Shown piece by piece: positions 1-10,028 of a stretch of 64,000 bases of DNA (position 1 is the first letter of the stretch; the number at the start of each line of letters is the position of its first letter). Origin of the DNA: Candidatus Micrarchaeota archaeon (GTDB lineage Archaea; Micrarchaeota; Micrarchaeia; Micrarchaeales; CABMGC01); assembly GCA_027365175.1 (NCBI GenBank), contig DAHXNY010000001.1, forward strand, positions 117,483 to 181,482. The letters run 5' to 3'. The notes under the pieces were generated by a model that was given only the letters and a program-made list of their open reading frames with translations, did not search any database and was not told where the DNA came from. The position numbers were made by a program, and so were the translations under genes.

Positions 1-262
1 CGATAAGGAGTTCTACAAGCTCCATGGTGGGCTGCGTCGCAAATGTAGGGGGACTGGCATCCCTGTAAATAGAAGGAAGGAAGCCGCTGTGGTCAAGATG
101 TGCATGGCTGAGCACGCACGCATCCACCCTCCCTATCTCTAACGGGTATTCTGTAGCGCTCTCCACCTTAACTCCGCAATCAAGCAGTATGTTCTTCTTA
201 TCTTCAACAACAAAGGCTGATCTGCCAACCTCTCCAGCCCCACCAAGAAAACGTATTCTCAA
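1..262 (-). CDS. beta-CASP / metallo-beta-lactamase-fold ribonuclease (aCPSF or RNase J-like), N-terminal part; gene continues past the left edge
   Basis: Own translation of the minus strand from TTG at 262: MRIRFLGGAGEVGRSAFVV...CVLSHAHLDHSGFLP. It has the HxHxDH MBL motif and a GGxxEVGRS N-terminus typical of beta-CASP RNases. Not in the supplied ORF track. Confidence 0.6.
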   Translation of the reverse strand, partial: MRIRFLGGAGEVGRSAFVVEDKKNILLDCGVKVESATEYPLEIGRVDACVLSHAHLDHSGFLPSIYRDASPPTFATQPTMELVELLI

Positions 263-352
263 ATAATCACTTCGAAACAGAAACCAATGACCTTATGTTT
301 ATCTTAATATATTTAAGTGTTATTAAAGAATAGTATAGCGACCTGTGGTGAA

Positions 353-1054
353 ATGACGGACGATATAACCTTCCTCGATATTGCATGCCTTATGAAGATA
401 TCAGACGATACGACGTTGGAAAGATTCGGATCGTCAATAAACGCAAGCATATTTGATGCGTCGAATATAGCCGGTACGCTCAAACAGAAGGACCTGATAG
501 ATTTTACCTCTATATTTCCAGGCCCAAATTCTATAGCCGTTACTGATAAGGGGAAAGCCGTACTGTCAGAAGCGGAACAGAGGGCAGCAACCCCGTTCGA
601 TAACCTTGACAAGAGCATTCTTTCACAGATATCGAGCGGAAAGAGCGCTCCAAAGGACATACAGAGTTCGATAAGCCTGAATTCAAGGGATCTGGCAATG
701 CGCCTGTACAAGCTCAGCAAGCAGAATTTCCTTACATACGAGCTCAAGAGCGGACAGGTTGACATACTGCTCACAGAGCAGGGTTTCCTCAAAGCAGCTC
801 CCCAACAGCCGCAGCCTATGCAACCTGTGCAAAGTATGCAACCCAGGCAGAATAGCATGCAGGCACCTTCCCAAAATCCTTCACCGGAACAATTCCCGAC
901 TCAACAACAAGCTGAGACACAGATGCAACAGCCTACTGCCCCTCAGGAAATCCATCTGCAGCCGAAGCCTATGAACAAGAAACTGATTGCAGGCATAGTG
1001 GTAATATTGGTTATAATACTTCTTGCATATCTATTAGCGATGAAGATAATATGA
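353..1054 (+). CDS. hypothetical membrane-anchored protein with a Q/P-rich linker and a C-terminal TM helix
   Basis: ORF 317..1054; the first ATG is at 353 (MTDDITFLD). Globular N-terminal half, then a Q/P-rich low-complexity segment (about nt 797-970), then the hydrophobic tail LIAGIVVILVIILLAYLLAM. The antisense ORF 313..858 is Cys-rich junk. Confidence 0.45.
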   Translation: MTDDITFLDIACLMKISDDTTLERFGSSINASIFDASNIAGTLKQKDLIDFTSIFPGPNSIAVTDKGKAVLSEAEQRAATPFDNLDKSILSQISSGKSAPKDIQSSISLNSRDLAMRLYKLSKQNFLTYELKSGQVDILLTEQGFLKAAPQQPQPMQPVQSMQPRQNSMQAPSQNPSPEQFPTQQQAETQMQQPTAPQEIHLQPKPMNKKLIAGIVVILVIILLAYLLAMKII

Positions 1055-1665
1055 CGCTATCAGATTATTTTGAAGGGGAGAGACTTCTGAAGAAGTACGG
1101 AATAAGCAGCATAAGGAGCTGGTATGTTGATTCTGCGGAAGAGGCAATATCCAAGGCAAACGGCAATTCCATAGTGATGAAGGTAATAACCGAGAAGGCT
1201 CTGCACAAATCAAAAAGCGGTCTGGTAGAGCTGGACCTGAAGACGGACAGGGAGATAAGGTCGGCATTTAATTCCCTCTCTGCAAAAGCCGCAAAGCTTA
1301 AGCCCTACAAGGTAATAGTGCAGGAGATGTCCAAAGGAGGCGTAGAGGTCATAATAGGGGGCAAGACAGACCCTCAGTTCGGAAAGGTCATACTTCTCGG
1401 TCTCGGCGGAATCTACGTAGAAGCCTTCAAGGATTTTGCAATACGCGTATGTCCTATAAACAAAAACGATGCGTCAAGCATGATCGATAACCTGAAATCA
1501 GAGAGCGTGATAACATACGGCTCAGAGAACAGGAAGATGCTCGAAGGCCTTCTGTTAAAAGTATCGGACATGCTGACCCACACTGACCTTAAGGAACTTG
1601 ATCTCAACCCTGTCATACTAAGGAAGGACGGCTACGATGTAGTCGATATAAGAATATTGAAATAA
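1051..1665 (+). CDS. acdB: acetate--CoA ligase (ADP-forming) beta subunit, ATP-grasp domain
   Basis: 204 aa. ATP-grasp-like LLKKYGI...VMKV...HKS..GLV motifs. Directly precedes the alpha subunit. Its start overlaps the previous stop (1051/1054). Confidence 0.7.
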   Translation: MTLSDYFEGERLLKKYGISSIRSWYVDSAEEAISKANGNSIVMKVITEKALHKSKSGLVELDLKTDREIRSAFNSLSAKAAKLKPYKVIVQEMSKGGVEVIIGGKTDPQFGKVILLGLGGIYVEAFKDFAIRVCPINKNDASSMIDNLKSESVITYGSENRKMLEGLLLKVSDMLTHTDLKELDLNPVILRKDGYDVVDIRILK

Positions 1666-1673
1666 GTGTTCAA

Positions 1674-3053
1674 ATGCCAGTCGACCTCAAATATATGCTG
1701 AACCCGAAATCAGTAGCTATAATCGGGGCTTCGAAGAATCCTGAGAAGGTAGGCCACATAATACTCCAGAATTACATAAACTCTGGATATTCTGGCAAGC
1801 TCTTCGCAGTGAACAAGGAGGCAGAATCCATACTCGGAGTAAAGTCGTATGGGCATGTCAGCGAGATAAAGGAAAAACTAGACCTGGCGGTAATCGCAAT
1901 ACCTGCCCCTTTCGTACCTGCAGTTCTTGAGGAATGCGGGAAAGCAGGAGTGAAGAGTACTATAGTCGTAACGGCAGGATTCGAGGAGATAGGGCAGAAG
2001 GAGCTGCAGGAGCAGATAGTCAGCATATCAGAAAGGTACAAGATGCCGATGCTCGGTCCCAACTGCCTTGGGGTGATAGACACAAGAGCAAGGACAGACA
2101 CGCTCTTCCTGCCAACTTACAAGCTCAGCAAGCCCGGAGTCGGATACGTAAGCTTCATCTCACAGAGCGGAGCCGTAGGCAGTACGATACTTGATCTTAT
2201 AGCCGGAGAAGGATTCGGCCTTTCAAAATTCATCTCCTACGGAAACGCAGCAGGTGTAGACGAGTCAGACATACTGGAATACCTGATGAATGATGATAAT
2301 ACAAAAGTAATCATAATGTATATAGAGGGGATAAAGAACGGCAAGAAGTTCATAGAGGTTGCAAGGAAGGTGACAAAGAAAAAGCCTGTAGTCGTTCTAA
2401 AGGGCGGGAGGACAGCTGTAGGGCAGCAGGCAACTCTCTCCCACACTGCATCTCTTGCCGGTGATTATCAGGTTTACGAAGGCCTATTCAAGCAGTTCGG
2501 CTTCACGATTGCAAACGATCTGAACGAGCTTCTGTATTACGCAAAGGTGCTTGTATCAGAACCAGCCCCTAACGGCAATCGTGTAGGAATAATAACCAAC
2601 GGCGGAGGTGCCGGAGTGATTACCACCGATGCAGTAGGATCTGTAAAGACGCTAAAGCTTGCAGAGCTTAGCAAAAAGAGCCAGGAGATACTGAGGAAGA
2701 AGATGCCACCGCTGGTAAACATAAGAATACCTTTGGACCTGGCAGGAGACGCTGGAGGGGACAGATACGAAACCGCAGTCTCCGTACTCAAGGATGATGG
2801 GAATGTAGACATGATCATAGTCATCGCCCTCTTCCAAACCCCCGGAGCAGATTCCAGCGTAGTCGCAAAACTGGTACACTTCAAGGCAGATATCACAAAG
2901 CCGATGATAGTAATCAGCATAGGTGCAGAGTACACGCAGGTGCACAACAAAATGATGGAGGAATCAGGCCTCCCTGTTTATGATTCTCCTCTTGCAGCCG
3001 TAAACTCCCTGGCAGAGCTTTTCAAATACTACTCATACAAGAACCAGAAGTGA
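1674..3053 (+). CDS. acdA: acetate--CoA ligase (ADP-forming) alpha subunit (CoA-binding plus succinyl-CoA-synthetase-like flavodoxin domains)
   Basis: 459 aa. N-terminal PKSVAIIGASKNPEKVGH CoA-binding motif, GPNCLG, SQSGA, and ASLAG with the phosphohistidine-loop LSHTASLAG. Confidence 0.8.
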   Translation: MPVDLKYMLNPKSVAIIGASKNPEKVGHIILQNYINSGYSGKLFAVNKEAESILGVKSYGHVSEIKEKLDLAVIAIPAPFVPAVLEECGKAGVKSTIVVTAGFEEIGQKELQEQIVSISERYKMPMLGPNCLGVIDTRARTDTLFLPTYKLSKPGVGYVSFISQSGAVGSTILDLIAGEGFGLSKFISYGNAAGVDESDILEYLMNDDNTKVIIMYIEGIKNGKKFIEVARKVTKKKPVVVLKGGRTAVGQQATLSHTASLAGDYQVYEGLFKQFGFTIANDLNELLYYAKVLVSEPAPNGNRVGIITNGGGAGVITTDAVGSVKTLKLAELSKKSQEILRKKMPPLVNIRIPLDLAGDAGGDRYETAVSVLKDDGNVDMIIVIALFQTPGADSSVVAKLVHFKADITKPMIVISIGAEYTQVHNKMMEESGLPVYDSPLAAVNSLAELFKYYSYKNQK

Positions 3054-3058
3054 GCGGG

Positions 3059-4252
3059 CTACCCAAGAAGTTCGTCCATCGCCTTTGCAATTACCTTCTC
3101 CTTCTTCTCTCCTGAACTCAGCATCTCAAAGAGTTCTGCAGGCCCTACATCAAGATCATAACCATTCTTCTTCAACTCTGCCATCAGTATCCCTATTCCA
3201 AGGTCCTTAACCGATACGTTGCTTATGTCTGAGAATATCTCCGAACGCTTCTCACCGTCAGATACCTCTTCAAAGCCCTTCTTTGATATCTCAATAACAG
3301 CATCATTCTTGAATTTCTTGGCAATCTCCTGCATATCTATCCCAAGCCTCTTCACCGCCTTGCTATTCCCGTTTATCTCTATCCTTATTATGCATCCCTG
3401 TCCGTTCTTCGAAACAGCATTGCTCACCCTTTCCTCTATCTCTCTCAACAGCGTTCCCTCCTTCACAGATTCGGCATCGACCTTCAGTGACTCAAAGCTT
3501 CTGGAATTTATGTGCACAAACTCATACTCCCTTGTCCTTGTATCATAGACGAAGAAACCCTTTTTCTCAGTCTCCCCGTCCTTCAGCTGCGTAAGCACGG
3601 TGCTGCCAGGTATCAGGAACTGCTTCCCATGAACAGTAGACTCGAACCTGCTGTGTATGTGCCCATTGACATAAAGGTCAAAGCCCTCAGGCAGCTCATC
3701 CATCCTCAGGAAAGAGCCGTTGAAAGGCAGCAGCTCGTATAGGGACTGATGGAACATCAGTATGTTAAAAGCGCCTGCGACTCTCTTGCCTGCATGCTCC
3801 CTGAGCGCTTCTCCGAAGCGTTCTTCGACAACTCCTGCAATGCCTGTGACTGCTACCCTCTCGCCATCCTTCTCAATCACTGCGACCCCCATTCCTATAT
3901 CAGCAAGCAGCGAGGTGAGATTCAATAGGTCTACAGGGTCCTCAGTATCACTCGTCCTCCTCTCATGGGTTCCTGGCACGGCGAGTATCGGCTTGTCCGT
4001 ATATATCTTTCCGACCCCTTCGAATCCGACTATCCTGGCACCGAAATCCTTTTCACGCAGCTCCTTGAATATGCCTATCGCCTCAGCAATCACATCGGGC
4101 TTAGGGAACCTTGTGTCAAATATGTCGCCTGGTATGATTATCGCATCCGCTCTTTCTGCTGCCATCATGAGCGCTTCCCTTGCCTGGGTGTATGCGTCCT
4201 TCCTGAAACGTTCATATCCTATGTGCAGATCAGATACGATCGCTATCTTCAT
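3059..4252 (-). CDS. mre11: Mre11-like calcineurin-fold nuclease (DNA double-strand-break repair phosphoesterase)
   Basis: 397 aa. Phosphoesterase motifs SDLHIGY (I), PGDIFD (II), PGTHE (III, Asn replaced by Thr), MFHQ (IV), NGHIH (V). 4-nt start/stop overlap with cdc6. Confidence 0.6.
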   Translation of the reverse strand: MKIAIVSDLHIGYERFRKDAYTQAREALMMAAERADAIIIPGDIFDTRFPKPDVIAEAIGIFKELREKDFGARIVGFEGVGKIYTDKPILAVPGTHERRTSDTEDPVDLLNLTSLLADIGMGVAVIEKDGERVAVTGIAGVVEERFGEALREHAGKRVAGAFNILMFHQSLYELLPFNGSFLRMDELPEGFDLYVNGHIHSRFESTVHGKQFLIPGSTVLTQLKDGETEKKGFFVYDTRTREYEFVHINSRSFESLKVDAESVKEGTLLREIEERVSNAVSKNGQGCIIRIEINGNSKAVKRLGIDMQEIAKKFKNDAVIEISKKGFEEVSDGEKRSEIFSDISNVSVKDLGIGILMAELKKNGYDLDVGPAELFEMLSSGEKKEKVIAKAMDELLG

Positions 4253-5454
4253 ACACTCTCCTCAATATCGGCAGCAAGCGTCTTCTCTATCGTCTCCTTC
4301 ATGCGCTCCGGGGAGTACGCCAGCTTAATCAGCTTCGTATGCCCCCTTATCCCCTTGCCTGATTCATAAGCTGAGATGAGCCCCTGCATCTCAAGGTCGA
4401 ATATGTACTTCCTGTACCATCTTGAGCTCTTAGGGCCCTTGTTAAGGCTCTTCGCTATCGCAGAGTACTTGTTGTAAATGTCCCCGCTGAAAAGATAGGT
4501 ATCACTGTCGCCGCTAAGCCTCTTGTATTTGCTTCCCTGTATGGAGAGCATAGCAATCGCATATATTATGAGGCGCTGATGCTCCGGCAGCGTGTTCACA
4601 AGCTCGTATACAAGCTCTTCCTCGGCCGCTTCAGAAGCCCTGTTGACATCATTCACTGTTATGACTCCGTCTCCTCTCTCATCAGCAAGCTCCCCTGCCT
4701 TTGAGAGAACCTTCAATGCCAGCCTTGCATCGCCGCTGTCCTTTGCTGATATCGCAGCCGCAAGGTTTATCGCAGCCTGGTCTATAACCCCTTTCTTAAA
4801 GCCCTCCTCGGCCCTTTCCTTCAGTATCAGCGAGAGCTCATTAGAGTTGTAAGGAGGGAAGACCAATTCATTTTCATAAAGAGTCGACAAGCTTCTCGGA
4901 TCCAAATCCTCCTTGAAGGATATCTTGTTCGAAACCCCTACAATCATTATCCCTCCTGATTTTATGTCGCTGTTCGCTCTTGTGAGAGTGTAAATCAGGT
5001 CATCAAGGTCCTTGACAACGTCTATCTCGTCAAGCACCACTATCAGTATCTTCGCATCCTCCTCTACCCAGTTTATTATCCTTTCATAAATATCTACAAG
5101 ACCATATCCGCGTTTTGCATAGACCGGAAGGTAATCGCTTGTTATCTTGTAAAGAACCCTGTACCTGGAGTTGTATATCCTGCAGTTTATGTACGACACG
5201 CGCGCCTTCGTTGGCAGGTCCTTTATCTTATCCACAACATGCTTGACACACGAGGTCTTTCCAGTGCCCGTCTTTCCATAAACGAAGAGGTTCCTGCCAC
5301 GCTCTCCCCTGAGAGAGGGAGTCATGAATTTCACTATGTTCTCGATCTGCTTCTCCCTGAAAGGCAGGTTTTCAGGCATGTAATGCGGCGAAAGGACCTC
5401 ACGGTTCGCGAATACCGCTGAATCCTTGAACAGGTCGGAGAACGGCTCTTTCAT
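4249..5454 (-). CDS. cdc6: Orc1/Cdc6 replication initiator (AAA+ plus winged helix)
   Basis: 401 aa. Walker A GKTGTGKTS, Walker B VVLDEID, sensor region, C-terminal winged-helix-like segment. N-terminal FANREVLSPHYMPENLPFRE is typical of Orc1/Cdc6. Confidence 0.9.
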   Translation of the reverse strand: MKEPFSDLFKDSAVFANREVLSPHYMPENLPFREKQIENIVKFMTPSLRGERGRNLFVYGKTGTGKTSCVKHVVDKIKDLPTKARVSYINCRIYNSRYRVLYKITSDYLPVYAKRGYGLVDIYERIINWVEEDAKILIVVLDEIDVVKDLDDLIYTLTRANSDIKSGGIMIVGVSNKISFKEDLDPRSLSTLYENELVFPPYNSNELSLILKERAEEGFKKGVIDQAAINLAAAISAKDSGDARLALKVLSKAGELADERGDGVITVNDVNRASEAAEEELVYELVNTLPEHQRLIIYAIAMLSIQGSKYKRLSGDSDTYLFSGDIYNKYSAIAKSLNKGPKSSRWYRKYIFDLEMQGLISAYESGKGIRGHTKLIKLAYSPERMKETIEKTLAADIEESV

Positions 5455-6269
5455 TTTTCCACCAACCCTGCCTTTCTAATCATATCCTCAAATTCCTTCC
5501 TGATCTCATCGTCCTTAAGCACCGGAATAATTCCAGAATCGCTCATCTCTCCGAATATCTTGTTAGCTGCCACCTTTCCTACCAGTTCGCAGCCCAGCTC
5601 CCTTGCAACCTCTTCCCCTCCGTCCCCGCTGCCATCTGACATGGTCTCTACTACTCCAAGAAGCGCAACCCCCAATCTTTTAGCCATCATGCCAGACCTT
5701 ATGGTATTGACTGCGGAGATGTGCCTCGGCGTAGTTACAAGAATGAAGCCGTCAAGAGACAAAAGCTGTATTATCGAGAGTGGAGCATCGCTGGTTCCTG
5801 GAGGCAGGTCTATTATGAGGTAATCCAGAGGTCCCCAGTCTGTATTGTCCAGGAACTCGCGTATCATCTTTGCAACAAGCGGTCCTCTCCATATTATGGG
5901 CTTCTTAGCGTCATCAACAAACATGGCTGTAGAGACTACCTTTACTCCCTCTTTCTCAGCAGGCTTCAACGGGTACTCATCAGAGAATGTGCCTTCTATG
6001 CCCAGGAACATCAGCGCGTTTGGGCAGTCTATATCCGCATCTATGAGCCCTACCTTATATCCCATTCTGCTCAGCGCAAAAGCGGTATTAACAGCCACGG
6101 TGGTCTTTCCCACTCCTCCCTTCGCACTGTAAATGCCTATCTTGTGCTTTATGTTTGAAAGTTTCTGGTTTATGTTCTTCTTATCCTCTATCACTCTAAG
6201 TATGGAAGAGTGCATCATGTTGGTTCCAGCTCCAGAAACCTGTTCAGTGTCGACCATACATTTCCCCAA
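5451..6269 (-). CDS. Mrp/NBP35/MinD-family P-loop ATPase (deviant Walker A), without the usual CxxC Fe-S motif
   Basis: 272 aa. KIGIYSAKGGVGKTT, IDADIDCPN and DYLIIDLPPGTSD motifs. Overlaps the cdc6 start by 4 nt. Confidence 0.75.
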   Translation of the reverse strand: MGKCMVDTEQVSGAGTNMMHSSILRVIEDKKNINQKLSNIKHKIGIYSAKGGVGKTTVAVNTAFALSRMGYKVGLIDADIDCPNALMFLGIEGTFSDEYPLKPAEKEGVKVVSTAMFVDDAKKPIIWRGPLVAKMIREFLDNTDWGPLDYLIIDLPPGTSDAPLSIIQLLSLDGFILVTTPRHISAVNTIRSGMMAKRLGVALLGVVETMSDGSGDGGEEVARELGCELVGKVAANKIFGEMSDSGIIPVLKDDEIRKEFEDMIRKAGLVEK

Positions 6270-6490
6270 GAATTAAATCGTGAATATATATGAGCATATA
6301 ATATATAAATCAACTCAAAACCAAATGAAAACAGGCGCCACAACCGTATAACTGGCGTTCACACGTCTTTTAAAAACAACTTCCGCCGCTGCCGCAATCA
6401 AAAGGTATTTAAGGGTAAACCCCTATTTATGTTTGCTATTTTATACTAAATTGCTAATTATATATGCAAATCGTATATGTGGTGTAATAT

Positions 6491-7189
6491 ATGTACCCAA
6501 ACGTGCAAGCTTATGACCGAGGAGTGATGTTCAATCCGGACGGAAGGCTGTTCCAGGTAGAGTACGCCAAGGAAGCGGTGAGAAAGGGCGCTACCTCAAT
6601 AGGGATAGTTGGCAAGGACAGCGTCGTTCTTGTGGCGCACAAGAACATAAATGACCCTCTCGCAGTGCCAAGCACAATCCAGAAGGTATTCAGGATAGAC
6701 TCCCAGATATGCGCAACATACAGCGGGATGGTATCAGACGGCCTGCACATAATAGACACTGCAAGGTCAAATACGCAGAACCACCGCATGCTTTTCGACG
6801 AGATAAAGTCAATAGAATCACTCTCAAAGAACATATCTGCTTATATGATGCAGGCAACCCAATACGGAGGAATGAGGCCTTATGCGGTCTCCCTTCTCGT
6901 AGGCGGGATAGACGATTACGGGCCAAGGCTCTTCGAAATAGAGCCCGGAGCTTCATTCCTCGGCTACAAGGCAGACGCGATAGGTTCAGGTAAGAAGGTC
7001 GCGATGGAGATGCTGCTCAAGGAGTATGAGGAAAACATGACGCTAGAAAAAGCGCTGGAACTTGGAGTCAAGGTAATAAAGAAAGTGAGCGAGACAAAGC
7101 TCAACGAGGACAATCTTGATATAGGATACGTGACTATAAAGGATGGCTTCACCTTGCTCTCAAGGGAAAAGATAAAAGAGTATATATGA
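6491..7189 (+). CDS. psmA: proteasome subunit alpha
   Basis: 232 aa. [23 protein letters not shown] is the hallmark alpha-subunit N-terminus. GGTG Shine-Dalgarno-like motif upstream. Confidence 0.9.
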   Translation: MYPNVQAYDRGVMFNPDGRLFQVEYAKEAVRKGATSIGIVGKDSVVLVAHKNINDPLAVPSTIQKVFRIDSQICATYSGMVSDGLHIIDTARSNTQNHRMLFDEIKSIESLSKNISAYMMQATQYGGMRPYAVSLLVGGIDDYGPRLFEIEPGASFLGYKADAIGSGKKVAMEMLLKEYEENMTLEKALELGVKVIKKVSETKLNEDNLDIGYVTIKDGFTLLSREKIKEYI

Positions 7190-7199
7190 CAGTGACGGC

Positions 7200-7883
7200 A
7201 TGTCCAAAACAGTAATAGCCAAATACTCCCATTCAGGGGAGAACTTCGAAATCTTTGTTGATTCGGATAAGGCCTACAATTTCATAACGGGAAAACTTAC
7301 GGATCCGATAGCTGTGCTTGAAGCCGAAGAGATCTTTACTGATGCTAACAAGGGAGAGCGACAGAGCCAGGACAAAATAAAGAAGATATTCAACACAACG
7401 GAACTGCCCAAGGTAGTCGAATTCATACTTAAGCACGGAAACGTGCCGATAACAACAGAGCAGAGGAACAAGCTTCTCGAAGAGAAGAAGAAGCAGATAA
7501 TAAACATAATAGCAAGAAACTCAATAGACCCAAGGACAAAGGCGCCTCACCCTCCACAGAGGATAGAGGCTGCAATGCAGGAAGCGAGGGTAAACATAGA
7601 CCCGTTCAAAGGGGCAAACGAGCAGGTAGACGAAGTAGTCAAGAAACTGAGCATGAAGCTGCCTATAAAGTTTGCAACAATGAAGATAGAGGTCGTAATC
7701 CCTGCTGAGTACACCAACAGGTGCTACGGAACCCTGAAGCAGTATGGATTGAAATCCGAAGAATGGCAGTCAAATGGCTCTCTCAAATGCATCCTTGAAT
7801 TCCCAGCGGGTCTGCAAGGAGAGTTCTTCGAGAAGATAAACAATACAACAAAAGGAAATGTTACAACAAAGAATCTTGAATAA
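7200..7883 (+). CDS. sdo1: SBDS-family ribosome maturation protein
   Basis: 227 aa. [20 protein letters not shown]-terminus typical of SBDS. Sits at the conserved position after psmA in the archaeal exosome superoperon. Confidence 0.85.
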   Translation: MSKTVIAKYSHSGENFEIFVDSDKAYNFITGKLTDPIAVLEAEEIFTDANKGERQSQDKIKKIFNTTELPKVVEFILKHGNVPITTEQRNKLLEEKKKQIINIIARNSIDPRTKAPHPPQRIEAAMQEARVNIDPFKGANEQVDEVVKKLSMKLPIKFATMKIEVVIPAEYTNRCYGTLKQYGLKSEEWQSNGSLKCILEFPAGLQGEFFEKINNTTKGNVTTKNLE

Positions 7884-7892
7884 AGTGAAAAC

Positions 7893-8492
7893 ATGCAAAG
7901 AATAGTAATACCGGGAGAAAAGATCAGCGACACACCCGTCAGAATGCACAATACGCTGATAAACAACGGAAAGACCTACTCCACGATAGTCGGACTTTAC
8001 AGCGACGAAAAGAGCACGCTGATACCTCTGGAAGGGCTGTGGAACCCTGCATACGGGGATACGGCAGTGGGGGTCATAGAAGAGGACAGGCTGAATACCT
8101 ACAATGTTAACCTGAATTCCCCTTACAAAGGCCTGCTCATATCAAAGTTCGTTCAGGAGCAGCTCAACAAGGGAGATGTAGTAGAAGCTTCTGTAAAGGA
8201 GCTTGATAAGACCCAGACAGTCGTGCTGATGCGTCCAAGGAAGCTCTCAGGCGGCAAGATATTCTCGATAACGCCCTCCAAAGTGCCAAGAGTCCTTGGA
8301 AAGGGAAACAATATGTTAAAGGAATTGTCAGCAAGCACAAAATCCAGCATAATCGTAGGGCACAATGGCGTCGTATGGATAAAGGGAGGCAACATGCAGC
8401 TCGCAATGGATGCTATTCTCAGAATACAGGAAGAGGCACACACAACCGGCCTCACGGACAGAATAAAAGAGATGTTATCAAAAGGTAATTAG
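7893..8492 (+). CDS. rrp4: exosome complex RNA-binding subunit Rrp4 (S1 plus KH), short form
   Basis: 199 aa. S1-like GDTAVGVI...GDVVEASV and a KH GxxG-like VPRVLGKGNNML. Conserved superoperon position. Confidence 0.8.
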   Translation: MQRIVIPGEKISDTPVRMHNTLINNGKTYSTIVGLYSDEKSTLIPLEGLWNPAYGDTAVGVIEEDRLNTYNVNLNSPYKGLLISKFVQEQLNKGDVVEASVKELDKTQTVVLMRPRKLSGGKIFSITPSKVPRVLGKGNNMLKELSASTKSSIIVGHNGVVWIKGGNMQLAMDAILRIQEEAHTTGLTDRIKEMLSKGN

Positions 8493-8493
8493 A

Positions 8494-9237
8494 ATGTCAG
8501 GAGGAGGAGAAAAACCAGAATTGATCATAAACGGGAAGAGGCTCGACGGCAGAGGAGCTACGGACCTCCGCAGCTTAAAGATAGAACCCAATGTAATAAA
8601 GAACGCAGCAGGTTCTGCTTATGTTGAATGGGGAAACAACAAGATCATAGCAGCAGTGCATGGTCCAAAGGAGGCGCTTCCAAAGCACACCTCGGATCCC
8701 GAAAAGGCCGTGATAAAGTGCAGGTACATGATGGCCCCGTTCTCGTCATTGGAAGGGCACGGAAGGACAGGTCCCAACAGGCGTTCCATAGAAATATCAA
8801 AAGTCACAAAGGAGGTATTCGAAAATGTAGTCATGCTTGAGCTATTTCCAGGCACGGAGATAGACATATACGTGGAGGTTCTGCAGGGAGACGGAGGCAC
8901 ACGCGCTGCAGGGATAACCGCCGCAGCAGTTGCGATGGCACTCTCAGGAATACCTATGACTGACGTTCCATACGCAGTATCTGCAGGCAAGATAGGCGAA
9001 ACTGTTGTCCTTGACCTGAATATGATAGAGGATAACTACTCCGATGCGGATATGCCTGTGGCTGTCAAGCCGCTTACAAATGAGACTCTACTGCTGCAGA
9101 TGGACGGTTCCTTTACAAAGGAGCAGTTCAAGGAGGCGATGGAGATGATATTGGAGTCAGGCAAGAAGATCCATGAGATACAGGCAGCAGCGATAAAGAG
9201 GCCTTACCAGGAAATAATAGAGAGATACGAGAGATGA
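8494..9237 (+). CDS. rrp41: exosome complex exonuclease Rrp41 (RNase PH fold)
   Basis: 247 aa. RLDGRGATDLRSLKIE...AGSAYVEWGNNKIIAAVHGP and GTRAAGITAA are typical RNase PH motifs. Confidence 0.9.
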   Translation: MSGGGEKPELIINGKRLDGRGATDLRSLKIEPNVIKNAAGSAYVEWGNNKIIAAVHGPKEALPKHTSDPEKAVIKCRYMMAPFSSLEGHGRTGPNRRSIEISKVTKEVFENVVMLELFPGTEIDIYVEVLQGDGGTRAAGITAAAVAMALSGIPMTDVPYAVSAGKIGETVVLDLNMIEDNYSDADMPVAVKPLTNETLLLQMDGSFTKEQFKEAMEMILESGKKIHEIQAAAIKRPYQEIIERYER

Positions 9238-10028
9238 GTTATATGTACATACCATCAGCAACAAAGGAGTTCATATTCGACTTGATAGCAAGCAACAAGC
9301 GAGAATTCGGAAGGGCTCTAAACGAATACAGAGATATAAAAATAGAGAAGAATGTTATAGAACATGCGGAAGGGTCCGCACAGGTTACGATCGGCAACAC
9401 AAAGGTACTGGCAGGCGTAAAGATAACTGTGGGAGAGCCTATGCACGATAAGCCAAACGAGGGCAATCTGATGACCTCGGCAGAGCTCCTCCCAATGGCG
9501 TCATCAGATTACGAGATGGGTCCACCGTCCCCTAATGCGATAGAGGTTGCAAGAGTTATAGACCGCGGCATAAGGGCCGCAGGCATAATAGACACCGCCG
9601 CTCTTTTCATAGAGGAGGGGAAGGTCTGGGATGTTTTTGTTGACATATATGTGCTTAATTACGACGGAAACCTCTTCGATGCAGGCACCATAGCTGCGAC
9701 AGTTGCGCTCCTCAGTGCCAGAATGCCAAAGCTTGAAGGGGAGAAGGTAATAAGCGAAGGAATAAAAGACAAGCTCAAGACAAATGGTATAATAACTTCA
9801 TGCACCTTCGCAAAGGCAGCAGGAAAGGTATTCATAGATCCTGATGCGAACGAAGAGACGTTCATGGACGCAAGGATAACAATAGCGAATGACGGAAAGG
9901 AACTGCGGGCTATGCAGAAAGGACTCAGAGGAAGCTTCACTCTGCAGGAGCTCAACGACGCAGTCTCTATGTCATTTGAGAAGCACAATGGTCTTAAGGC
10001 ATTAATGGAAAAAGCACTGGGTGAATGA
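9234..10028 (+). CDS. rrp42: exosome complex subunit Rrp42 (RNase PH-like, non-catalytic)
   Basis: 264 aa. EGSAQVTIGNTKVLAGVK plus an RNase PH-like C-terminal domain. 4-nt overlap with rrp41. Confidence 0.85.
   Translation: MSYMYIPSATKEFIFDLIASNKREFGRALNEYRDIKIEKNVIEHAEGSAQVTIGNTKVLAGVKITVGEPMHDKPNEGNLMTSAELLPMASSDYEMGPPSPNAIEVARVIDRGIRAAGIIDTAALFIEEGKVWDVFVDIYVLNYDGNLFDAGTIAATVALLSARMPKLEGEKVISEGIKDKLKTNGIITSCTFAKAAGKVFIDPDANEETFMDARITIANDGKELRAMQKGLRGSFTLQELNDAVSMSFEKHNGLKALMEKALGE

Noticed and set aside
6270-6490. Possible replication origin in the AT-rich spacer upstream of the Mrp-like/cdc6/mre11 operon
   Set aside because: Proximity to cdc6 and an AT-rich tract (about 6285-6330) are suggestive. 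However, I found no repeated ORB or mini-ORB-like elements or inverted repeats flanking it. The region is equally well explained as two divergent promoters (psmA and the operon). GC-skew and ORB motif searches on the whole genome would be needed.
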